A stretch of 64,000 bases of DNA from an uncultured Candidatus Rokubacteria bacterium (lineage in GTDB: Bacteria > Methylomirabilota > Methylomirabilia > Rokubacteriales > DASRDR01): positions 640,001 through 704,000 of the forward strand of contig CAWDVE010000010.1 of the NCBI GenBank assembly GCA_963805625.1, in the 5' to 3' direction. The notes under the pieces were generated by a model, which worked only from the letters and a program-made list of their open reading frames with translations, searched no databases and had not been told where the DNA came from. This document shows positions 10,876 through 21,150 of the stretch, piece after piece. How positions within the stretch are numbered: position 1 is the stretch's first letter; each line of letters opens with the position of its first letter. The translations under genes and the position numbers were made by a program.

Positions 10876-11586
10876 GTGGCCTTGCTCGAGGTCGAGAATA
10901 TCCACGCGGGCTACGGGAAACTCGAGATCCTCAGGGGCGTATCCCTCCGGGTCGAGGCCGGGCAGGTCGTGTCCATCATCGGCCCCAACGGAGCGGGCAA
11001 GTCCACCGTCTTCAAGACGCTCTTCGGGCTCCTGCCCGCCCGCCAGGGGCGCGTCCGCTTCGCCGGCGAGGACATCACTAACCAGGCCCCGGCGGACCTC
11101 CTGCGCCGCGGCATCACCTACGTCCCCCAGGGCCGGAACGTCTTTCCCCTGATGACGGTGGACGAGAACCTCCGGCTCGGCGCCTACATCCGACGGCACT
11201 CGGCCGACCTGGATCGCGAGGTCGAGCGGGTCTACGAGACTTTCCCGATGCTCCTGGCGGCGCGACGGAAGCGTGCCGCGGAGCTGTCAGGCGGTCAGCA
11301 GCAAATGCTGGAGATGGGACGGGCGCTGCTCCTGCGTCCCCGGCTGATGCTCCTCGACGAGCCGACGCTCGGGCTCGCGCCCCTGGTCTTCCGGGAGATC
11401 TTCCGCATCATCGAGGATCTCCGACGCGGCGGGCAGACAATCCTCATGGTCGAGCAGAACGCGGCCAAGGCTCTCGAGATCTCGGACTACGCCTATGTGC
11501 TGGAGCTTGGGAAGAACCGCTTCGACGGCTCTGGTGAGGCGATCCGGAACGACAACCGGATACGCCGCCTGTATCTCGGCCGCTGA
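10876..11586 (+). CDS. livF: ABC ATP-binding protein
   Basis: GPNGAGKST, LSGGQQQML, LDEPTLGLAP, VEQNA. Confidence 0.92.
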   Translation: MALLEVENIHAGYGKLEILRGVSLRVEAGQVVSIIGPNGAGKSTVFKTLFGLLPARQGRVRFAGEDITNQAPADLLRRGITYVPQGRNVFPLMTVDENLRLGAYIRRHSADLDREVERVYETFPMLLAARRKRAAELSGGQQQMLEMGRALLLRPRLMLLDEPTLGLAPLVFREIFRIIEDLRRGGQTILMVEQNAAKALEISDYAYVLELGKNRFDGSGEAIRNDNRIRRLYLGR

Positions 11587-11619
11587 GCGCGGCATGCCGG
11601 CACGCTGCGCGAGTGTCGG

Positions 11620-12885
11620 ATGACGAACGTCGACCTCTCGGTCCTTTTCTTCCTACAGCTGGCCGTCATCCTGGCCGCATGCCGCGTCGTGGGCGCACTC
11701 GCGCCGAGAGTCGGCCAGCCGCCCGTGGTGAGCGAGATGCTCGCCGGCGTGGTGCTGGGCCCCTCGCTCTTCGGGGCCCTCCTGCCCGGGTGGCACGCCG
11801 CCCTCTTCCCCAAGCCCTCGATGACCATCCTTTTTGCCGTCGCCCAGCTTGGGCTTGCCATGTACATGTTCCTGGTGGGAGTCGAGTTCCGGGCGGACCT
11901 CATCCGGCCGCGGGTGCGAAGCGCCGTGTCGGTCTCGGTGGCAGGCATCGTGGTGCCGTTCCTCTTCGGCGGTCTCATCGCGCTCGCCATCCACGCCGAG
12001 GGCACGATGTTCCGCGAGACGGTGACCACCAGCCAGGCCGTCCTGTACCTCGGGGCCGCCATGTCGATCACGGCCTTTCCCATGCTGGCGCGCATCGTCC
12101 ACGAGCGCGGTCTCTCGGGAACCTCGCTGGGTACCTTGGCGCTCGCCGCGGGGTCGATCGACGACGCGGCCGCGTGGTGCGTGCTCGCCATCGTCCTGGC
12201 GAGCTTCGGGAACGCACCGATCATTGCCGTGGCCGCGATCGGTGGCGGCATCCTGTACACGCTCGCGGTCCTGTTCGGGCTGCGTCCGGCCCTCGTCCCG
12301 CTGGCGCAACGGGTCGAGCGCGGCGGTGCCATGAGCTTCCCGGTGCTGAGCTTTGTCCTCATGCTGGTCGTGCTCGGATCCTGGTACACGGATCGCATTG
12401 GCATCTACGCCGTCTATGGTGCCTTCATTCTCGGCACGGCCATTCCTCGCGGGAAGTTCGCCGATGAGCTTCAGCGGCTGATGGCGCCGCTCACGACTGG
12501 GCTGCTGCTCCCGCTCTTCTTCGTCTACTCGGGCCTGAACACCAGGATCGGGCTCGTCAACACCTGGTATCTCGTGGGGATCGCGGCCCTGGTGCTGATC
12601 GCGGCGTGCGTCGGCAAGGGCGTGGCCTGCTGGCTGGCGGCGCGGCTCAATGGAGAGCCGCGCGATCAGGCGCTGGCCATCGGGGCGCTGATGAACACGC
12701 GGGGCCTCATGGAGCTGATCATCCTCAACATCGGCTACGAGCGTGGCATCATCACCCAGACGCTGTTCTCGATCATGGTGATGATGGCGCTCGTGACGAC
12801 GTTGATGGCGACGCCGCTATTCGAGCTCGTCTACGGACGGCGCGGCCGACTCGCCGGGACCGTGGGAGCCGTGCGCACCGGCTAG
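11620..12885 (+). CDS. Cation:proton antiporter (CPA2-type)
   Basis: GQPPVVSEMLAGVVLGPS, SITAFPMLARI, GSIDD, MNTRGLMELI. Confidence 0.9.
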   Translation: MTNVDLSVLFFLQLAVILAACRVVGALAPRVGQPPVVSEMLAGVVLGPSLFGALLPGWHAALFPKPSMTILFAVAQLGLAMYMFLVGVEFRADLIRPRVRSAVSVSVAGIVVPFLFGGLIALAIHAEGTMFRETVTTSQAVLYLGAAMSITAFPMLARIVHERGLSGTSLGTLALAAGSIDDAAAWCVLAIVLASFGNAPIIAVAAIGGGILYTLAVLFGLRPALVPLAQRVERGGAMSFPVLSFVLMLVVLGSWYTDRIGIYAVYGAFILGTAIPRGKFADELQRLMAPLTTGLLLPLFFVYSGLNTRIGLVNTWYLVGIAALVLIAACVGKGVACWLAARLNGEPRDQALAIGALMNTRGLMELIILNIGYERGIITQTLFSIMVMMALVTTLMATPLFELVYGRRGRLAGTVGAVRTG

Positions 12886-12928
12886 CGGACGGCGTTCCTC
12901 GGTCCACGGCACCCGGCCCACCGCGCTC

Positions 12929-13489
12929 CTACTTGCTGCGGCCGTACTTTCCGGTCAGGGTCGCCTTGCCGAGCGAATTGGCATTCACCATGAACCCTGC
13001 CAGCGACGCGGTCGCGTTCGCCGGGATCTCCAGCTTCTGGACCTTGAGCGCGTGCAGCGAGAAGTTGTACCGGTGGGGCTTGTCCCCGGCTGGCGGGCAC
13101 GGGCCGCCCCAGCCCGGGCTTCCGAAGTCCGTGTTGACCTGCGTCGAGCCCGCCGGCAGGTTCGCCCCGTCGGTCTTCCCAGCGTCCTTCTTGAGCTCGG
13201 TCGCTTCGGCCGGAATGTTGATCACCACCCAGTGCCACCAGCCGGCGCCGCCCGTCGGAGCATCCGGGTCGTGCACCAGCAGCGCGAAGCTCTTGGTGCC
13301 CTTCGGCGCGCCCGACCACTTGAGCGCCGGCGACACGTTCTTGCCGGCGCAGCCGAATCCGTTGAACACCTGCTCCTCGGCGAGGGTGGCGTTCGGCTTG
13401 ACGTCAGGGCTCTCGACCTTGAAGCCCTGCGCGAATGCGGGACCCGTGCACACGAGCGCGATGGCCACTGTCAGCGCGGCCCGGACCAT
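12929..13489 (-). CDS. YbhB/YbcL family (PEBP) secreted protein
   Basis: GKNVSPALKW, HDPDAPTG..WWHW, GPCPP..HRY; signal peptide. Confidence 0.92.
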   Translation of the reverse strand: MVRAALTVAIALVCTGPAFAQGFKVESPDVKPNATLAEEQVFNGFGCAGKNVSPALKWSGAPKGTKSFALLVHDPDAPTGGAGWWHWVVINIPAEATELKKDAGKTDGANLPAGSTQVNTDFGSPGWGGPCPPAGDKPHRYNFSLHALKVQKLEIPANATASLAGFMVNANSLGKATLTGKYGRSK

Positions 13490-13525
13490 GTCTCCCTCCA
13501 GTCTCCGGCGCCCGATCCGGGCGCC

Positions 13526-14572
13526 TCAGCTCTCGGCAATGGCGGCCAGGATTTCCGCCCCCTCGTCGCACTGCTTCCGCGACACGTCCAGGTGCGTGAC
13601 GACCCGGATCACGCGGGAGCCGATGCCAAATATGAGCACGCCGCGCTCCCGTGCCCGCGCAACCAGGGTGGGCGCATCGGGCGCGTCGTCGGCCAGGCGG
13701 AAGACGATGATGTTCGTCTGCACCAGGACGAGGTCGAGGATGATCCGCGGGCTCGCGGCAAGCCGCTCCGCGATCCGCCGCGCGTTCGCGTGGTCCTCGG
13801 CGAGCCGCTCGACGTTGTGGTCGAGCGCGTAGAGGCAGGCCGCTCCGAGGATCCCGATCTGCCTCATCGCGCCACCGAACATCCGGCGGTACCGCACCGC
13901 CCGCTGGACGACGTCGCGCGCGCCGGCGAGGACCGACCCCCCCGGCGCTCCGAGGCCCTTCGAGAAGGCCACGCCGATCAGGTCGAATGGCCGCGCCAGC
14001 TCGGCCAGGGATCGGCGGCTGGCGACGGACGCGTTCCAGAGGCGCGCGCCGTCCAGGTAGGTGGCGATCCCGTGCTCCCGCGCCGCGGCGCAGATCCGCT
14101 CGGCCTCGGCCTGCGGAAAGACGATGCCGCCCGCGCGGTTGTGCGTGTTCTCCACCTCGACGAGCGTCGTGGGCGGGTACATGGGGTGGCCGCCCGGCCT
14201 CCGCGCGGCGAGGAACTCGTCCCGGGTGAAGACGCCGCCCGACCCGATCTCCGTGAGCTGCACCCCAGAATTGGCCGCCGCACCGCCGGTTTCGTGCCAG
14301 CCGGTGTGGCTCTCCCGGCTGACAATGACGTCGTCGCCAGGCCGCGTCCACACCCGGAGCGCGACCTGGTTCGCCATCGTCCCGCTCGGCAGCCAGAGGG
14401 CCGCCTCCTTGCCGAGGAGCGCCGCCGTCCGCTCCTGGAGGCGATTCATCGTGGGATCCTCACCGTACTCGTCGTTGCCGACCGGGGCGGCCGACATCGC
14501 GGACCGCATCGCGGCCGAGGGCAGCGTGACGGTGTCGGAGCGCAGGTCGATGACGGTGGCGGGATCGGTCAC
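13526..14572 (-). CDS. ltaE: Low-specificity threonine aldolase (PLP)
   Basis: [42 protein letters not shown]. Confidence 0.9.
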   Translation of the reverse strand: MTDPATVIDLRSDTVTLPSAAMRSAMSAAPVGNDEYGEDPTMNRLQERTAALLGKEAALWLPSGTMANQVALRVWTRPGDDVIVSRESHTGWHETGGAAANSGVQLTEIGSGGVFTRDEFLAARRPGGHPMYPPTTLVEVENTHNRAGGIVFPQAEAERICAAAREHGIATYLDGARLWNASVASRRSLAELARPFDLIGVAFSKGLGAPGGSVLAGARDVVQRAVRYRRMFGGAMRQIGILGAACLYALDHNVERLAEDHANARRIAERLAASPRIILDLVLVQTNIIVFRLADDAPDAPTLVARARERGVLIFGIGSRVIRVVTHLDVSRKQCDEGAEILAAIAES

Positions 14573-14825
14573 GGGCCAGCCTCCCGGCAATGGGCGAATG
14601 TCGCGTTCCTCAATTCCCGGCGAGGATATCGCAGACGCGATCCGGATAGCCAGGGGCCCTGTGGCGAGTCCCACATCTCGGTGGGGCGCTCTTGTCAGCC
14701 GCAGGACGCTGAAAGACAGTGAACCTGCGGGGCCGAATCGCCTTGGAAGGCGCGGTGATCCGGGCACTGATCCTGCATGGTATCGACGTCGGGGACGGCC
14801 AGTGTTCTCGCCGGTCGACGTCAGG

Positions 14826-14984
14826 CGAGTTCCATTCCCCGGACGATCATGCTGATCACCGCAGGATCTCTGTCCGACCCCGCACGCGATAAACGGTGCC
14901 GATGCGTGGATCGTCATTGCCCTGGCCGCGGCTGGAACCGCGGTCGGCGACCACGCCTGGTACCTGCTGGGGCGGCTGACGGGG
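14826..14984 (+). pseudogene. DedA/SNARE-associated family remnant
   Basis: Frame-broken pieces VPFPGR / IMLITAGSL / [25 protein letters not shown] match the DedA N-terminal pattern. Confidence 0.55.
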
Positions 14985-15080
14985 TGGAGTCCGAGAGTAT
15001 CCTGGTCAGCGTCATGACCCAGCGCTGGCTCGCCAAGCGCGCCAGGGTGTCGTGATCATGACCCGTTGTCGCCTTCGGCC

Positions 15081-17732
15081 ATGAGTCCAGCCGCCCGAGG
15101 AAAACGCTCACGGCCCAAGGGGTCGCCGCTTGCCCCGTACCAGGCCAAGCGGGACTTCGCCAAGACGCCGGAGCCCCGTGGAGGCTCGCCCCCGAGCCGT
15201 CGGGGCTCGACATTCGTGGTCCAGAAGCACGCCGCCAGTCGCCTCCACTACGACTTCCGCCTCGAGATCGGCGGCGTGCTCGTGAGCTGGGCTGTTCCGA
15301 AGGGGCCGAGCCTCGATCCCGCCGACAAGCGCCTCGCCATGCAGACCGAGGACCACCCGCTCGAGTATGGCGGCTTCGAGGGCATCATCCCCGCGGGCGA
15401 GTACGGTGGCGGAACGGTTCTCGTGTGGGACCGGGGCACCTGGATGCCCGCCGGCGATCCAGTCACCGGGCTGCGTGAAGGCCGGCTGAAGTTCGCCCTC
15501 GCCGGCGAGAAGCTTCGGGGGGGCTGGACCCTGGTGCGCCTCCGGGGGCGCAACCGGCGCGACGCCGACGGCCGGAGCTGGCTCCTGATCAAGGAGCGGG
15601 ACGAGCACGCCCGATCGGCGAGCAAGCTCAGCATCACCGAGGCGCGGCCAGAAAGCGTCCTCAGCGGCCACGGCCTCGAAGACATCGCGCAGACGAGCGA
15701 TCGGACGTGGCATTCGAGTCCGGCGACGAAGACCCGTCGCCGCACCCCCTCGACCAGACCCGCCCCACGGCGCAGAGACGCGGGCCCCGTCCACGGGCCC
15801 ATTCCGGGCGCCCGCCCCGGCCGGCTGCCCGACTTCGTCTCGCCGCAGCTGGCGACCCTCGTCGCGAGCCCGCCCGCAGGCGACGAATGGCTCCACGAGA
15901 TGAAGTTCGACGGCTACCGGATCCTCTGCCGGATCGAGAAGGGACGGGCGACCCTCTGGAGCCGCAACGCCCGGGACTGGACCGCTCAGTTCCCCGCCCT
16001 CGCGACGGCGGCCGCCCGCCTCCCGGCGCGACAGGCGTTCCTCGACGGCGAGATCGCCATGCTCCTTCCGAACGGGACCACAAGCTTTCAGGCGCTCCAG
16101 AATGCTCTCTCGACCAATCGCCAGGAGCAGCTCGTGTACTTCGTCTTCGATCTCCTCCATCTGGATGGGCAGGATCTGACCGGCGCCACGCTTGAGGCCC
16201 GGCAGAGCGCGCTCGAGGCGCTCATCGGGACCGGGCGGAACGGCGCCATCCGCTACAGTACGCACGTCGTGGGCCACGGTGATGAGTTCTTCCGTCAAGC
16301 CTGCCGGCTCTCGCTGGAGGGGGTGGTCTCGAAGCGCCGCGACCGTCCGTACGAGCCCGGACGGGGGCGGAGCTGGCTCAAGGTCAAGTGCGTCCAGGAG
16401 CAGGAGTTCGTGGTGGGTGGCTTCACGGAGCCCAAGGGAGCGCGCACCGGCCTCGGCGCCCTCCTCCTCGGCGTCAACGGGGAGAACGGTGCTCTCGCGT
16501 ACGCGGGCAAGGTCGGCACCGGCTTCACCGGGCCTGTGGCCAAGCGCCTTCGCGAGCGGCTCGACCGGATCCAGATCTCGCAGTCTCCCTTCGAGCGCCG
16601 TCCGCCCGGCGCGACGGAAGCCCACTGGGTGAAGCCCGAGTTGGTCGCCGAGGTCGAGTTCACCGAATGGACCGAGGACGGGCGTCTCCGCCATCCTTCG
16701 TTCAAGGGCATTCGCGAGGACAAGGCGGCGGCGGACGTCGTCCGGGAGCGGCCCACGAAGCCGGTGGCCACGCCGCGGCGCGCGGGGTCCAGGGCACCGA
16801 AGACCACCCCGCCACCGAGCGAGAAGACGTCCACGGCGAGGGGCGAGGACGCCGTCGTCGCTGGCGTCCGGATCACCCATCCGGATCGCGTCGTCTATCC
16901 GGAGGAGGGCGTGACGAAGGCGAGGCTAGCACGCTACTACGCGGCAATCGCCGAGCACATCCTGCCCCACTTCCGCTCGCGACCGACCGCGCTGGTCCGC
17001 TGTCCCGACGGCGTCGGCCACGAGTGCTTCTACCAGAAGCATCCGGGTCCCTGGACGCCTCCCTCGCTCCGCCGGGTCCGGATCCGCGAGAAGAGCAAGA
17101 CCGACGAGTACCTCGTCATCGAGGACGTGGCCGGGCTGGTGGGCCTCGTCCAGATGGGCGTCCTCGAGATCCACACGTGGAATGCGCAGGCCGACCGGCT
17201 CGAGACGCCGGACCGCCTCGTCTTCGACCTCGATCCAGGCCCGGATGTCCCCTGGCGTGCCGTCGTCACGGCCGCGCGCCTCGTCCGGGCGGCCCTGGAG
17301 GCCCAGGGGCTCGAGAGCTTCGTGAAAACCACGGGTGGCAAGGGGCTCCACATCGTCACCCCCATCAAGCCTGGACCGACATGGCCGGCCTGTGTCGCGT
17401 TCGCGCGCCACGTCGTCGACGGTCTCGTGACGGAGACTCCGAGGGCGTTCACTGCCACCATGGCGAAGTCCGCCCGCACGGGCAAGATCTTCATCGACTA
17501 CTTCCGGAACCAGCGGGGGGCCACGTCCGTCGCTGCCTACTCCACCCGGGCGCGTCCGGGCGCGCCGGTCTCGACGCCGGTCGCGTGGGAGGAGCTTGAC
17601 GCCGTCCCGAGCGGCAGCCACTTCACGATCGCCGCCGTCGAGAGCCGTCTCGCCAGGCCCGCCGCCAATCCGTGGGCGCGCTACGCGACGCTGAGACAGT
17701 CGCTGCCTGCCTTGAGGCGCGACGCGACGTAA
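15081..17732 (+). CDS. ligD: NHEJ DNA ligase D (phosphoesterase-ligase-polymerase)
   Basis: FVVQKHAASRLHYDFRLE (PE), EMKFDGYR (KxDG ligase), CFYQKH, VFDLDP, TTGGKGLH (POL). Confidence 0.95.
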   Translation: MSPAARGKRSRPKGSPLAPYQAKRDFAKTPEPRGGSPPSRRGSTFVVQKHAASRLHYDFRLEIGGVLVSWAVPKGPSLDPADKRLAMQTEDHPLEYGGFEGIIPAGEYGGGTVLVWDRGTWMPAGDPVTGLREGRLKFALAGEKLRGGWTLVRLRGRNRRDADGRSWLLIKERDEHARSASKLSITEARPESVLSGHGLEDIAQTSDRTWHSSPATKTRRRTPSTRPAPRRRDAGPVHGPIPGARPGRLPDFVSPQLATLVASPPAGDEWLHEMKFDGYRILCRIEKGRATLWSRNARDWTAQFPALATAAARLPARQAFLDGEIAMLLPNGTTSFQALQNALSTNRQEQLVYFVFDLLHLDGQDLTGATLEARQSALEALIGTGRNGAIRYSTHVVGHGDEFFRQACRLSLEGVVSKRRDRPYEPGRGRSWLKVKCVQEQEFVVGGFTEPKGARTGLGALLLGVNGENGALAYAGKVGTGFTGPVAKRLRERLDRIQISQSPFERRPPGATEAHWVKPELVAEVEFTEWTEDGRLRHPSFKGIREDKAAADVVRERPTKPVATPRRAGSRAPKTTPPPSEKTSTARGEDAVVAGVRITHPDRVVYPEEGVTKARLARYYAAIAEHILPHFRSRPTALVRCPDGVGHECFYQKHPGPWTPPSLRRVRIREKSKTDEYLVIEDVAGLVGLVQMGVLEIHTWNAQADRLETPDRLVFDLDPGPDVPWRAVVTAARLVRAALEAQGLESFVKTTGGKGLHIVTPIKPGPTWPACVAFARHVVDGLVTETPRAFTATMAKSARTGKIFIDYFRNQRGATSVAAYSTRARPGAPVSTPVAWEELDAVPSGSHFTIAAVESRLARPAANPWARYATLRQSLPALRRDAT

Positions 17733-17882
17733 TTCACCCTGCCGCGTTTAGGCGTGTCAGAACGTCGCCCTCACGACGAGATGACGCGGCCGGGTCCTGG
17801 TTGGAGTTCGCGCGAGGGCGCGTGAGGCCTCCGTGTCCGAAGTGACGAGTCCTTTGCCAACGGTCCTTCCTCTCGCCGTCAT

Positions 17883-17898
17883 CGGCAGCGGGATTGCA
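17883..17898 (+). promoter_or_regulatory. Putative sigma54 promoter
   Basis: CGGCAGCGGGATTGCA, GG-N10-GC spacing, ~100 bp upstream of the 18001 gene. Confidence 0.45.
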
Positions 17899-18000
17899 CC
17901 CCATGGTTTCCAAGGCTCCGGCCTGAGGCTGGCGCCCCGTGAATCGTCAATCAGTGTTGGGGGCGTCGTCAGGCTCGGCTGCGGCGACCGGGAGGGCTCC

Positions 18001-18177
18001 ATGGCCAGATACAGCAAGGGCGCAGGCAAGGCGGTCAAGTCCGCCATGCGCCGACGCAAGAAGGGCACGCTGCGAAGCGGAAGCGGGAAGCGGGTGACGA
18101 GCCGGAAACAGGCCATCGCGATCGGTTTGTCCGAGGCACGTGAGAAGGGCGCCAGGGTTCCGAGAAGGTCGAAGTGA
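18001..18177 (+). CDS. Small basic DUF6496-like protein
   Basis: KGTLRSGSGKRVTSRKQAIAIGLSEAR; GGGAGG RBS. Confidence 0.8.
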   Translation: MARYSKGAGKAVKSAMRRRKKGTLRSGSGKRVTSRKQAIAIGLSEAREKGARVPRRSK

Positions 18178-19463
18178 GTGTCGCTCTCAACGCGCGACCC
18201 GGTCGTTTCCGGTCGCGCACGACCGATCCGACGGCCCTCCTACTCTTCATTGTCATGGCGGCCAGCGCCTGCTCTACCGTCCCGGTGCACCGGACGCTAC
18301 CGCCCATGAATCTCGGAGAGCCCTCGTTCTTCCCGACCCTCGAAGCGCACGCCCAGGCACCCATCGTCGGCGGCAACCGGCTCACGCTCCTGCTCAACGG
18401 GGAGCAGATCTACCCGGCCATCCTCGGCGCGATCCGGCGAGCCAAGTCCACGATCACGTATGCCCAGTACAGCTACGAGGACGGGCAGATCGCCCGGGAC
18501 TTCGCCGAGGCGCTGGCCGAGCGCTGCCGCGCCGGTGTCAAGGTGCACGTCCTGCTCGACCACGTCGGAACCCTCTCCATGCCCCGGGAATACGTGGACC
18601 TCATGTCCAAGGACGGCTGCCAGGTGGTCTCGTTCCGACCGATCGGGCCTCTGGGCCTCAGACGGGCCAACAACCGGAATCACCGGCGCATCCTCGTCGT
18701 CGACGGTCGCGTCGGCTTCACCGGCGGCTCAGGCGTCAGCAGCAAGTGGATGGGCAACGGCCGGGTCGCGGACCACTGGCGTGACACCGACGTCCAGATC
18801 GAAGGGCCGGTGGTCGAGTATCTCCAGGGGGCATTTGCCGAAAACTGGGTCGAGGCCACCGGGACGGTCCTCGGGGGCGCGGAATACTTTCCGGCTCCGG
18901 CGGGGGTCAAGGGCCGGACCCATGCGCAGATCATCCGCAGCGGCCCCCTGGGCGGAAGCTATGCCATGTACACCACCTTCCTCCTCGCCCTGTCGTCGGC
19001 CCGTCGCTCCGTCAAGATCACCAACCCGTACGTTCTCCTCGACGACCAGATGATCGACACGCTCGTCCAAGCCGCCCGCCGCGGGGTCCAGATCAGCTTT
19101 CTCGTGCCCGGCGTGAGCGACCACCCGCTCGTGCGCCACGCCGGACGGCGGCAGTTCGGCCGGCTGCTCGAGGCGGGCATCGAGATCCACGAGTACTCGG
19201 CGGCGCTGCTTCACGCCAAGACGATGGTGATCGACGGAACTTGGGCCACCGTGGGCAGCACCAACCTCGACTATCGCTCCTTCAGGCTGAACGACGAGCT
19301 GAACGTGGTGGCCTACGACACGGAGTTCGCCGCGAAGCTGGAGAAGGTCTTCCTGGAAGACCTCAAGTACGCGAAGCGGATCGACCTCGACGCGTGGAAC
19401 GATCGGGGCGTCCGGGGTCGCATGTTCGAGGTGCTGGCTATTCCCTTCGAGAGCAACTTCTGA
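18174..19463 (+). CDS. cls: Cardiolipin synthase / phospholipase D family
   Basis: Two HKD-type motifs (NHRRILVVDG, LHAKTMVIDG), WRDTD, GSTNLD. The first motif has R in place of K. Confidence 0.88.
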   Translation: MSVALNARPGRFRSRTTDPTALLLFIVMAASACSTVPVHRTLPPMNLGEPSFFPTLEAHAQAPIVGGNRLTLLLNGEQIYPAILGAIRRAKSTITYAQYSYEDGQIARDFAEALAERCRAGVKVHVLLDHVGTLSMPREYVDLMSKDGCQVVSFRPIGPLGLRRANNRNHRRILVVDGRVGFTGGSGVSSKWMGNGRVADHWRDTDVQIEGPVVEYLQGAFAENWVEATGTVLGGAEYFPAPAGVKGRTHAQIIRSGPLGGSYAMYTTFLLALSSARRSVKITNPYVLLDDQMIDTLVQAARRGVQISFLVPGVSDHPLVRHAGRRQFGRLLEAGIEIHEYSAALLHAKTMVIDGTWATVGSTNLDYRSFRLNDELNVVAYDTEFAAKLEKVFLEDLKYAKRIDLDAWNDRGVRGRMFEVLAIPFESNF

Positions 19464-19508
19464 GACGGCCCCATCCGTCCGAGTAGGCGGCGACGGGCCT
19501 CGGCGAGA

Positions 19509-20555
19509 CTACCAGGGAATCGTCTGGCCCGGGCTCAGGATCGCGACTTGCTCCTCGACCCCACGCCGCAACGCCTCGCGGAGGAGCCGGTCGGGTGGCT
19601 CCCGGAATGGCTCGCGGTTCATCGCGAAGGTTCCCCAGTGCATCGGCACTAGGAGGCGCCCTCCCAGGTCCTCGAAAAGCTGGACGGCCTCCTCCGGGTT
19701 CAGGTGGTTGGGGTGACCCGTCCGGAATGTGTCGTAGCCGCCGATCGGGATGGCGGTCAGGTCGAAGGGGCCGAACCGATCGCCGATCTTCCGGAGCCGG
19801 GAGTCGTAGCCCGTGTCACCCGCAAAAAAGAAGCGCTTGGTGGGCCCGAGGACCGTCCACGACGACCAGAGACGCAGGTACTGGTCGGCGAGGGTGCGCC
19901 CGGAGGCGTGTTGCGCCGGGGTGCAGACGAAGGTCAGCCCCCGGAACTCCGCCTTGTCCCACCAGTCCAGCTCGACCACGTTCGTGATTCCCCGCTCCCC
20001 GAGCCATGTGCGGAGTCCCAGGGGCACGAAAAAGCGCGGCCGGTGCTCGCGCGCGAGTCGCGCCACGCTCTCGGTGTCGAGGTGGTCATAGTGATCGTGG
20101 GAGATGACCACGGCATGGATGGGCGGGAGGTCGGCGAACGCCAGGCCGGGCGCCACGAGCCGGCGTGGCCCGGCAAAGCCGACCGGGCTCGCCCGCTCGC
20201 CCCAGTGGGGATCCGTCAGGATGTTCACCCCATCGAGCTGCACGAGGAACGTGGAATGCCCTACCCACGTGACGGTGGGATGGTTCCCGTTCGCACGCAG
20301 GTCAGCACCGTCGTTCTGGAGCACCGCTGTCGCGGTGCCCCTCGGGCGGTGCGGCGCGAGGCTGCCCAGGACGAAGTGTCGCATCCGGACACCGATGGTG
20401 TAGTCATAGCCATCGTCGAGGTTCCGGAAGCCGCGCCGGAGATGGTGAGCGGGCCTCCACTCCACGCCGGCGGACTCCACGTCCACGGTGACCGTCGGAG
20501 CCAGGTTGAGCAGGAGCAACGCGACGAACGAGGCAAGGCGGATGAATCGGGACAC
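19509..20555 (-). CDS. MBL-fold metallo-hydrolase (NAPE-PLD/RomA-like)
   Basis: TWVGHST, ILTDP, SHDHYDHLD, AGDTGY, PMHWGTF. Confidence 0.9.
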   Translation of the reverse strand: MSRFIRLASFVALLLLNLAPTVTVDVESAGVEWRPAHHLRRGFRNLDDGYDYTIGVRMRHFVLGSLAPHRPRGTATAVLQNDGADLRANGNHPTVTWVGHSTFLVQLDGVNILTDPHWGERASPVGFAGPRRLVAPGLAFADLPPIHAVVISHDHYDHLDTESVARLAREHRPRFFVPLGLRTWLGERGITNVVELDWWDKAEFRGLTFVCTPAQHASGRTLADQYLRLWSSWTVLGPTKRFFFAGDTGYDSRLRKIGDRFGPFDLTAIPIGGYDTFRTGHPNHLNPEEAVQLFEDLGGRLLVPMHWGTFAMNREPFREPPDRLLREALRRGVEEQVAILSPGQTIPW

Positions 20556-20685
20556 GCGAGTCAGACCTCCAGCCGGTGAGCTCGAGCTCCCGTCGATGGG
20601 AGCTCCTCCACAAGTTCAGCGTAGCACACGGGTTTCGGGGGCCTGTCCCAGGGCGCTCCACCGGACACAGCGACGGGGTTCACGT

Positions 20686-20701
20686 TGGCATCCTCGTTGC
20701 T
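20686..20701 (+). promoter_or_regulatory. Putative sigma54 promoter
   Basis: TGGCATCCTCGTTGCT matches TGGCA-N6-TTGC, 40 bp before ATG 20741. Confidence 0.55.
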
Positions 20702-20740
20702 CGAATCGACAGCACGATGACCTCCCCTCGGACTCGGCGT

Positions 20741-20986
20741 ATGCGTGCAGGAAAGGATCCAAGCCCCGTGGTGAGGCAGGTGCGATCGGTCGGCGGCGTA
20801 CTGCTGGTCGTGGTGGGATTGCTCGGTCTCGTGCTGCCGGTTATTCCCGGCGTGCCCTTGCTGATTGCTGGTGTGGCCGTTCTGGGCCGGGAGCACCCGC
20901 TCGTCCGACCCGCTCTCGAGCGGTTGAGTCGGCTCCGCGAGAACTGGCGAGGCCGCCGGCGGATCCGGAAAGACCACCAGAAGTGA
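20741..20986 (+). CDS. Small membrane protein, PGPGW-like
   Basis: GGVLLVVVGLLGLVLPVIPGVPLLIAGVAVL helical hairpin with basic tail. Confidence 0.7.
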   Translation: MRAGKDPSPVVRQVRSVGGVLLVVVGLLGLVLPVIPGVPLLIAGVAVLGREHPLVRPALERLSRLRENWRGRRRIRKDHQK

Positions 20987-21150
20987 CGAGGCAGACCGTA
21001 GAGGCCCGAGGCAGGCCCGTCTCGGTCGGTCGTGGCACAACGGACGCCAGCTACCGAGGTGCGTGCCTGCGTTGCCGGCGTCGCGACCCCCCTCGGGGAG
21101 CCGACGTGGCTGCGAGCACCCCGATGGCCCGGCAACACCATGACAGGAGA

